Position numbers and translations under genes: made by a program. 41,856 bases of DNA from Octopus bimaculoides. Its lineage: Eukaryota. Shown one piece after another: positions 33,838-41,856 of this stretch (the stretch's first letter is position 1; each line of letters opens with the position of its first letter). The stretch spans positions 6,573,802 through 6,615,657 of the forward strand of contig NC_069004.1 in the NCBI RefSeq assembly GCF_001194135.2, read 5' to 3'. Below the pieces are notes generated by a model. It had not been told where the DNA came from, made no database searches, and saw nothing but the letters and a program-made list of their open reading frames with translations.

Positions 33838-34342
33838 GTATATATATCTATTGCATGCACACATGCATGTAGATATATAAATATATATACACATACTCAC
33901 TCTTACTTACAGACATCATGTGTTTGCAAGCACATGTGCACACATTGTTTTTCTTCTTTATCCATATTTTATCGTTTATTTGAAAGCAAGTTGTTATATT
34001 TTTGTAAGAAGGAATAAATAGAAAACTTCTTTCTTTACTAACTTAAAGGTGAACAAAAGTAGAATAGTCTTATGCTCATATATATATGCATATATAAATA
34101 TAGACATATGTATGTATATATACATACACACACATATATATAAATACATACACACACATTATATATTCATATGTATCGCTTGTGTCTACTTTCGTCTCAA
34201 TCTTGATGTGTGTAAAGAAATTTATTCTTATACTTATCTATGTATATGAATAAATAAATACATATACATCTGTATGTATGTATCTATCTATCTGTCTGTC
34301 TGTCTGTCTATCTGTCTGTCTATTTATCTATCTATCTATCTA

Positions 34343-34380
<38 letters not shown>

Positions 34381-34400
34381 TATATATATATATACATNNN
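32560..34400. repeat. Extended low-complexity (TA)n/(CA)n/(TATG)n/(TCTA)n field
   Basis: Directly visible; source of many YIYI and CVCV ORFs. Confidence 0.9.
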
Positions 34401-34629
34401 NNNNNNNNNNNNNNNNNNNNNNNNNNNNNNNNNNNNNNNNNNNNNNNNNNNNNNNNNNNNTGATATTAAAATTGTAACCTTCTCATCAGGGAAAGCATGG
34501 GAATCATCTTAAACGTAAGACATTATGACCGATTATGAAAACAATAGATGGATGAGGTTATGACTTGATTCATTTGAATTCTCTAACGGAGAATACAAAA
34601 ATATATAGATAGATAGATATAGACATATA

Positions 34630-34660
<31 letters not shown>

Positions 34661-34662
<2 letters not shown>

Positions 34663-34849
34663 CATCATCATCGTTTAACGTCCGCTTTCCATGCTAGCAT
34701 GGGTTGGACGATTTGACTGAGGACTGGTGAAACCGGATGGCAACACCAGGCTCCAGTCTGATTTGGCAGAGTTTCTACAGCTGGATGCCCTTCCTAACGC
34801 CAACCACTCAGAGAGTGTAGTGGGTGCTTTTACGTGTCACCCGCACGAC
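34661..34849 (-). mobile_element. SINE family D, 5'-truncated young copy flanked by (TA)n
   Basis: (ATC)n tail on the left and reverse complement of GTGGTTGGCGTTAGGAAGGGCATCC; inverted partner of 31841-31969. Confidence 0.9.
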
Positions 34850-35317
34850 ATATATATATATACATATATATATATATGATTATATATGTATACATTATAT
34901 ATATATATATAGAGATAGAGAGAGAGGGGGGGCTGTGTTATCCTCATAAAGCGATGGTTACATTCAAGGGAATACTCGTTCGATTCCTAGTGTTATTGGG
35001 GAATGAAATTGTGAGTTGTAAGTTTATAATTATTTATCATTAACGATTTGTATAATCTTTACTTCTTACAGCCATTTCCATTAGTATTCAATAATCAAAT
35101 TACAAATTTATACATTAAATTTGTTTTAATAGGCTATGAGTATAATTGCACCTCAGAATAAAGATATATCTTAAGATGTTACATGCCGACCCCTCAGTTC
35201 ATACCAGCGGACAATATGTGTGCGCGTGCGCATGTATGTGTGTTTGTATATATATGTTTATGTATATATATATTTATGTATGTATATATTTGTACACGTA
35301 TATATATATATACATCT

Positions 35318-35380
35318 AGGTACCTAGGCAGCGCCATCTCAGTTAATGAACGAGTGGATCAGGAAATCCAAGCTAACCTG
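35318..35380 (+). mobile_element. Short RTE-clade RT fragment
   Basis: RYLGSAISVNERVDQEIQAN resembles the RTE RT motif YLGS.IS.N..ID.EI..RI. Confidence 0.5.
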
Positions 35381-35477
35381 TCATATCTATCGCCTTTTCT
35401 TTCTTCCTTATCGCACACCTTGTTGTCAGCTGGGCAAGCTATGCCTATGCACCAGAATGGTTTGTTATCTTTCGTCG

Positions 35478-35529
<52 letters not shown>

Positions 35530-35575
35530 TATTATTATTATTATTATGATTATTATTGTTGTTGTTGTTGTTACC

Positions 35576-35765
35576 AAGGCGGTGAGCTGGCAGAATTGTT
35601 AGCAAGCTGAGCAAAAATGCTTAAGCGTCATTTCGGCAGTCTTTACGTTCTGAGTTCAAATTCCACCGAGGTTAACTTTGTCTTTCATCCTTCCAGTATC
35701 GATGAAATAAGCACCAGTTGAACACTGGAATCAATATAATTAGCATATTCACTTCTCGTGCCAAA

Positions 35766-35807
<42 letters not shown>
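35576..35807 (+). mobile_element. SINE family B with (TTA)n tail
   Basis: AAGGCGGTGAGCTGGCAGAA...GAGTTCAAATTCC...CTTTCATCCTTCC...ATAAGCACCAG...GTGCCAAAATT(ATT)n. Confidence 0.85.
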
Positions 35808-36448
35808 GCAAGTACAGTTTTTTCCCCCCTGTTTTTTTTTTTGGTAAAGAAGTTAGGAAAATATTCACTTACGTGATTCTATAATTTAAAAAAATATATA
35901 TGTTGTTTGCCTTAACNNNNNNNNNNCCAGAGAAATTTTATCAGAAGTAAATTTGTTTAGCATTTTTTAAATTTATTTTATCTAAGATTGTTTTCATTTT
36001 GTTATATTATTTTTTTCCATCGTTTTATTTTTCTTTTTTTTTTTTCTTTATTTATTTCACTTTTCGTTTCGACATTTTCCTCTAATATATTTTTTGGAGG
36101 GGTACGTGAAATTTTACATTCAATTTTGCGTTATATCGCTTTTTGCAAACGTGTGCTTTCACAGATACACACACACACACACACACGTATATATACACAC
36201 ACTCATACACAACCGTACACACGCATGCAAAAAACAAACATCACAATAAATAGATATCAATGCAGAGAAAGAAATCAATATTTTTATATATACATGTAAA
36301 CACATACACTTACAAGCTCCAAATAGACACGAGGCGCCTCATACACATGCATACACACGCACAAGTACTGACAAACACTTGCGTATATGTACAAATTTAA
36401 CAGAATAGCTCGAGCAAAAAATTGTATTTGTTCCATTTAAAAAATATC

Positions 36449-36493
<45 letters not shown>

Positions 36494-37152
36494 TATATGT
36501 AGGCATATGCATATATATACATATGTATATATTCACATATACATATATATGTGTGCCTACGTATGTTATATATATATATATATATATATACACACGTATA
36601 TATACATATACATTATACATATGCATCTATGCACATATACATATATANNNNNNNNNNATTATACATATGCATCTATGCACATATACATATATATGTGTGC
36701 CTACGTATATATAAATATATATATATATATATATACACTTGCATATGTATATATACACACATTTATATGTGTATATACATACATGTATATTTCTAAGTGT
36801 GTGTACATTTATATATATATTTTTTTACACATGCATACATACACACATACATACATACATGCATACATACATACATACGTACAGGCGCACACATGCACAC
36901 GCACGCACTGCGCGCGCGCACACGCTTGTGCATTAGATTCCTCATGTGTTGATGTAAATTTTTTTTAATACCAGTTATTGGGATATTTCGATCTTTTGAA
37001 TTTTATTTTCAAATAGATTTCTAACCTATGATCATTCCGTTTGATGTTAAATTCAACATGAAAAATTGGCTTAAATAGGATTCCTTGTTGTCCAGGCTGA
37101 AATCTAAATCTGTCGTTATATTGTATACAATGCTACATTATCTATCTATTTA

Positions 37153-37215
<63 letters not shown>

Positions 37216-37248
37216 GTATGTTTGTATGTATGTTTGTATGGTTGTATA

Positions 37249-37285
<37 letters not shown>

Positions 37286-37748
37286 NNNNNNNNNNNNNNN
37301 NNNNNNNNNNNNNNNNNNNNNNNNNNNNNNNNNNNNNNNNNNNNNNNNNNNNNNNNNNNNNNNNNNNNNNNNNNNNNNNNNNNNNNNNNNNNNNNNNNNN
37401 NNNNNNNNNNNNNNNNNNNNNNNNNNNNNNNNNNNNNNNNNNNNNNNNNNNNNNNNNNNNNNNNNNNNNNNNNNNNNNNNNNNNNNNNNNNNNNNNNNNN
37501 NNNNNNNNNNNNNNNNNNNNNNNNNNNNNNNNNNNNNNNNNNNNNNNNNNNNNNNNNNNNNNNNNNNNNNNNNNNNNNNNNNNNNNNNNNNNNTATATAT
37601 ATATATATATATATATATACAGAGACAGAGAGAGAAGGGGTGATTTATATGGTATATGCTATGAAATTAAATTCAGACCAAGCAGCGTAACACGGTAATT
37701 CTTCATGTATGTAGTATTTTTCTGCGGTGCATGAGTGGCATGTCGTGG

Positions 37749-37990
37749 GTTCTAAGCGCACTCTGTACACTGATGCAGCAGTGGAAGCTTTACAGCACAG
37801 TGTCCTTGAGGACCCATCAGCCTCTACCCTTCGTCGCTCTGCTTAACTAAGCGTCGCCAGAACATCGTTTCAGAAGATTCTGAAACTTGGTTTTAAATGT
37901 TTCCATCCAAATAAAACAAAAAAAAAAAAATACAAAAAAGACGTGCTTGTAAGTTATTTTTGTTTAATATCATTCAGTGGCCACCCTGTA
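37749..37990 (+). mobile_element. Internally deleted Tc1/maT-like DNA transposon: N-terminal HTH remnant plus right TIR
   Basis: Translation GSKRTLYTDAAVEALQHSVLEDPSASTLRRSA*LSVARTSFQKILK matches the GR.RT..T...EAV..SV...P..S.RRRS..LGV.R.S...ILK HTH pattern. The end TGGCCACCCTG|TA is the reverse complement of the TA|CAGGGTG TIR start. Confidence 0.7.
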
Positions 37991-38231
37991 TACACAGAGA
38001 GGGAGACAGTTGTATACATACTTTATATGTACAAACACACGAACGCGTGTGCACACACATACACACGCACGTGTATCATGCAATCAATTACATATATTTC
38101 TAAAAAGCATTAATTTAAAATTTATCTCAATGAACTGCATAAAAGATTTTAGAAAACCATATGTAATTTAAGAAAACATACATATCCACATACAACATTT
38201 ATATACACACACACATATATATACATATATG

Positions 38232-38262
<31 letters not shown>

Positions 38263-38297
38263 GACATATGCACACATTTACATTGTGTGCGTGTGTA

Positions 38298-38352
38298 GGC
38301 AGTGCCCCAGCATGGTCGCTGTCTAATTACCGAAACAACTAAAAGACAAAAA
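38298..38352 (+). mobile_element. SINE family A tail fragment
   Basis: GGCAGTGCCCCAGCATGG.CGC.GTC.AAT.AC.GAAACAA.TAAAAGA. Confidence 0.65.
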
Positions 38353-38401
38353 ATATATACCCGTTTAATACGTATATATATATATATCTCATAAGTATAT
38401 A

Positions 38402-38515
<114 letters not shown>

Positions 38516-39283
38516 GAACACACATATGTTCAATATGCGTTTTTACACAATACGTTCCCTACAAATGCTCAATATGAAACCGTGCATTCATAATATCCAA
38601 TTATCATAACAACATACATAATTACGCCATTATAATTATGGATTAAATAGAAAATATGCAAATGACTGTTGAATAAATAGCCCATCAAGCGTCGCTTCTC
38701 TAATTACTTAATGATGTCATGAATATTAATGAGGCTATTTAGCTGAAGCCTATTATACCTGTATATTTTGTAAATTTTTGGTGATGCTGCTGGTGACGGT
38801 GGTGATGGTGGTGGTGGTGGTGGTGGTTGTGGCGTTTCCTATCGTTCTCATTGTTTAAGTTTAGGTAATCCTTGTCTGATCAGACACATGATCAAAGACC
38901 AACACCCCACCCATGACCATCCAGCCTTTTGTTTTTCTATGTGCTTGAAACCCAAGGCCCTCTTATTCAATACGTCGCTGTCTGAGAAAGCAGGGTGGAA
39001 TCTGACGAATTTTTAACTGCTATTTCTAACATGTCCATAACCTATGTGCACACTAACGCGGATACGTCGCTAGTGTTGCTGTTGTTGTTGTCTAGCCTTA
39101 GCGTCTCTTTAGCTTGATCGAGTAGTCCTGTAATGAAAGACTTTCCATTAATGGCAATGCCATCGGTTTTTTTTTTCTAATTAATTATGGAATGACTCCT
39201 TCGGCTTTAGAATTCCTTGTGTGAGATTTTGGGATTATTTTGCTGCTATTTCTAAGTGGCTGCATAAACTAGTAGTACTAGTC

Positions 39284-39560
39284 GATTTGGTAGATGGAAA
39301 CTAAAAGAAGCTCGTCATATATACATATATACATATACGTGTGTGTCAGTATTTTCACCCCATCACCGCTTGACAACCGGTGTTGGTGTATTTACGTCCC
39401 CGTAACTTAGCAGTTCGGCAATAGAAATCGATAGAATAAATACAAGGCTTAAAAGGACAAAAATCCTGGGGTCGATTTCTTCAGCTAAAACCCATCAAGG
39501 TGGTGCTCCAGCATGGCATGGCCTTAGTCAAATGACTGAAACAAGTAAAAGAATAAAAGA
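39284..39560 (+). mobile_element. SINE family A, 5'-truncated
   Basis: GATTTGGTAGATGGAAACTAAAAGAAGCTCGTC, linker, GACAACCGGTGTTGGTGT...GACTGAAACAAGTAAAAGAATAAAAGA. Confidence 0.85.
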
Positions 39561-39760
39561 ATTGGTCACGTGATGTTGCCAGTACGTTCTCAGAATCCTA
39601 CTGAAGCATCTTTGGTGGAACACATGTAGCATCTTGTCAACCGCCATGTAGAATCTTGTCTGTTTTTATGGGACTCTTCCGTGTCTCTCTGGTATAAGCA
39701 AACTATTATAGAGACGGATGTTCGTGCGTAGGCGGATGATTTTGGAAATACAGGCATTTC
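39561..39760 (-). mobile_element. RTE-clade LINE RT C-terminal fossil
   Basis: Reverse translation IRLRTNIRLYNSLLIP then DKMLHVFHQRCFSRILRTYWQHHVTN matches RTE K.RLY.S.V.P...L..FHQRCLR.IL...W...VTN. Confidence 0.8.
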
Positions 39761-40238
39761 TTGTTCACTGGAATACAGCCCTCAATATCATCATTGATAC
39801 TGATGATGCGACCCAGATACATATTTTAATGACTCAGAGAATTGAAAAAAAAAAAAAAAAAAAGGAACGAAACAAAATCAGTTTCATACCTGTGGGATTT
39901 GAACCCTTGGCATGAAGAATGGCAAAAAATCATCAGCTGGCAATTCGTCCAACGTCGTTAGTTGTCCACCGTTTCTGCGTATTCGAACAGTTCACGCAAG
40001 TGTGTACAAAAAAATATAGTCATAATTTAATACAATATAATAACAGTTTCAATGTGTATTGGTGTGTTTAGGGAAAAGACAGTATGTGAGTGTGTTTGTG
40101 TGTATGTATGTGTGTTTGTGTGTGTGTTCTGTGTGTGTGTCTACTGCACTCATTGATTGATTGATTATGTAGGTGAGTGCTACCGAGCACATTGTACCGG
40201 TCTTTCGTATTAAAATTATATATGTATGTAATGTATTT

Positions 40239-40297
<59 letters not shown>

Positions 40298-41074
40298 NNN
40301 NNNNNNNNNNNNNNNNNNNNNNNNNNNNNNNNNNNNNNNNNNNNNNNNNNNNNNNNNNNNNNNNNNNNNNNNNNNNNNNNNNNNNNNNNNNNNNNNNNNN
40401 NNNNNNNNNNNNNNNNNNNNNNNNNNNNNNNNNNNNNNNNNNNNNNNNNNNNNNNNNNNNNNNNNNNNNNNNNNNNNNNNNNNNNNNNNNNNNNNNNNNN
40501 NNNNNNNNNNNNNNNNNNNNNNNNNNNNNNNNNNNNNNNNNNNNNNNNNNNNNNNNNNNNNNNNNNNNNNNNNNNNNNNNNNNNNNNNNNNNNNNNNNNN
40601 NNNNNNNNNNNNNNNNNNNNNNNNNNNNNNNNNNNNNNNNNNNNNNNNNNNNNNNNNNNNNNNNNNNNNNNNNNNNNNNNNNNNNNNNNNNNNNNNNNNN
40701 NNNNNNNNNNNNNNNNNNNNNNNNNNNNNNNNNNNNNNNNNNNNNNNNNNNNNNNNNNNNNNNNNNNNNNNNNNNNNNNNNNNNNNNNNNNNNNNNNNNN
40801 NNNNNNNNNNNNNNNNNNNNNNNNNNNNNNNNNNNNNNNNNNNNNNNNNNNNNNNNNNNNNNNNNNNNNNNNNNNNNNNNNNNNNNNNNNNNNNNNNNNN
40901 NNNNNNNNNNNNNNNNNNNNNNNNNNNNNNNNNNNNNNNNNNNNNNNNNNNNNNNNNNNNNNNNNNNNNNNNNNNNNNNNNNNNNNNNNNNNNNNNNNNN
41001 NNNNNNNNNNNNNNNNNNNNNNNNNNNNNNNNNNNNNNNNNNNNNNNNNNNNNNNNNNNNNNNNNNNNNNNNNN

Positions 41075-41126
<52 letters not shown>

Positions 41127-41856
41127 TATGTATATATGTTTGTATAAATATTCGTACTTATGTACCTACTTACCTACATACTGACATAGGTGTGTTAATT
41201 AATTCTATACAAGAATATCTATTGTTCTATGTTACACACGTATAGTATACACGTATATATGTTCGTATATATTTTTGTATGTACATAAAGAAAAAGAAAG
41301 AGAGATTGAGAGAGAAAGAGAGAGAGAAATACATATATATTCATATCTGTGATATATGTGATTCATATATATGTGATATATATAATATATAATATTGGTA
41401 TGATATATAATTTATATATACGTATTTTAAATTTATATATACATATTTTAAATGATATATAAATTATATATATGCATATTTTATAGAATATATAAGATAT
41501 ATATGTATACATATATATATGTTAATATATGTGTGTGTATGTGTAGGGATTTTCTGTGCGTGTATATACACATACGTATATCTAAACCCATGCATAAATG
41601 CATACATTTGAATAATAAGGCAACGGGTTAATATCTCGATATGTCGTTGCTCATAGTAAAAGCATATGCGGTATTAGTCTTATTTATGAAGTAGAGTTCA
41701 GTTGCAAAAATTTCATTTACCTGAGAATATTTTTTGCACTAAAAAACTATAAAAAATATCCTTTACAATTTACCTTAATTTTCTTTCTGAAATCGTCAAG
41801 CAAATGATTTAACTACACACACACACACACAGACACACACACACACACACACATAT

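Noticed and set aside
34470-34520. 25-nt AG...GTAAGA microexon-like segment (34490-34514)
   Set aside because: No parent gene or neighbouring exons recognisable; such signals arise by chance in AT-rich DNA.
36612-36693. Exact 36-bp direct repeat on both sides of a 10-N gap
   Set aside because: Typical unmerged contig overlap; likely an assembly artefact rather than a duplication.
38860-39260. Recurrent GCTGCTATTTCTAG-like motif (also near 12265 and 24660) suggesting a small dispersed repeat
   Set aside because: Copies are too degenerate to define boundaries by eye; not annotated as a feature.

Overview
AT-rich, microsatellite-dense animal genomic DNA with 15 N-gaps. The SINE repertoire, (TA)n/(CA)n load and DD37D transposon fossils point to a cephalopod, probably Octopus (inference). 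One host gene is recognisable: a + strand RPS19BP1/AROS (active regulator of SIRT1) homolog. Three coding exons are well supported (24298-24355, 28278-28384, 30084-30236); the linking exon(s) are uncertain and may lie in the gap at 27175-27439. The rest is transposon-derived: four modular tRNA-derived SINE families (my labels A-D) plus CORE-type SINEs, RTE- and CR1-like LINE fossils, three Tc1/mariner-superfamily transposase fossils, a mariner-like end, and simple repeats. The most unusual items are an isolated ~120-bp 28S rRNA fragment ending just before the protostome hidden-break region, a triple SINE array punctuated by four copies of a 15-bp flank, a 128/129-identical inverted SINE pair, collapsed inverted SINE junctions, and SINE or microexon features in and around the AROS gene. 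I found no convincing novel multi-gene system. Nearly all long ORFs in the supplied track are artefacts of N-runs or microsatellites.
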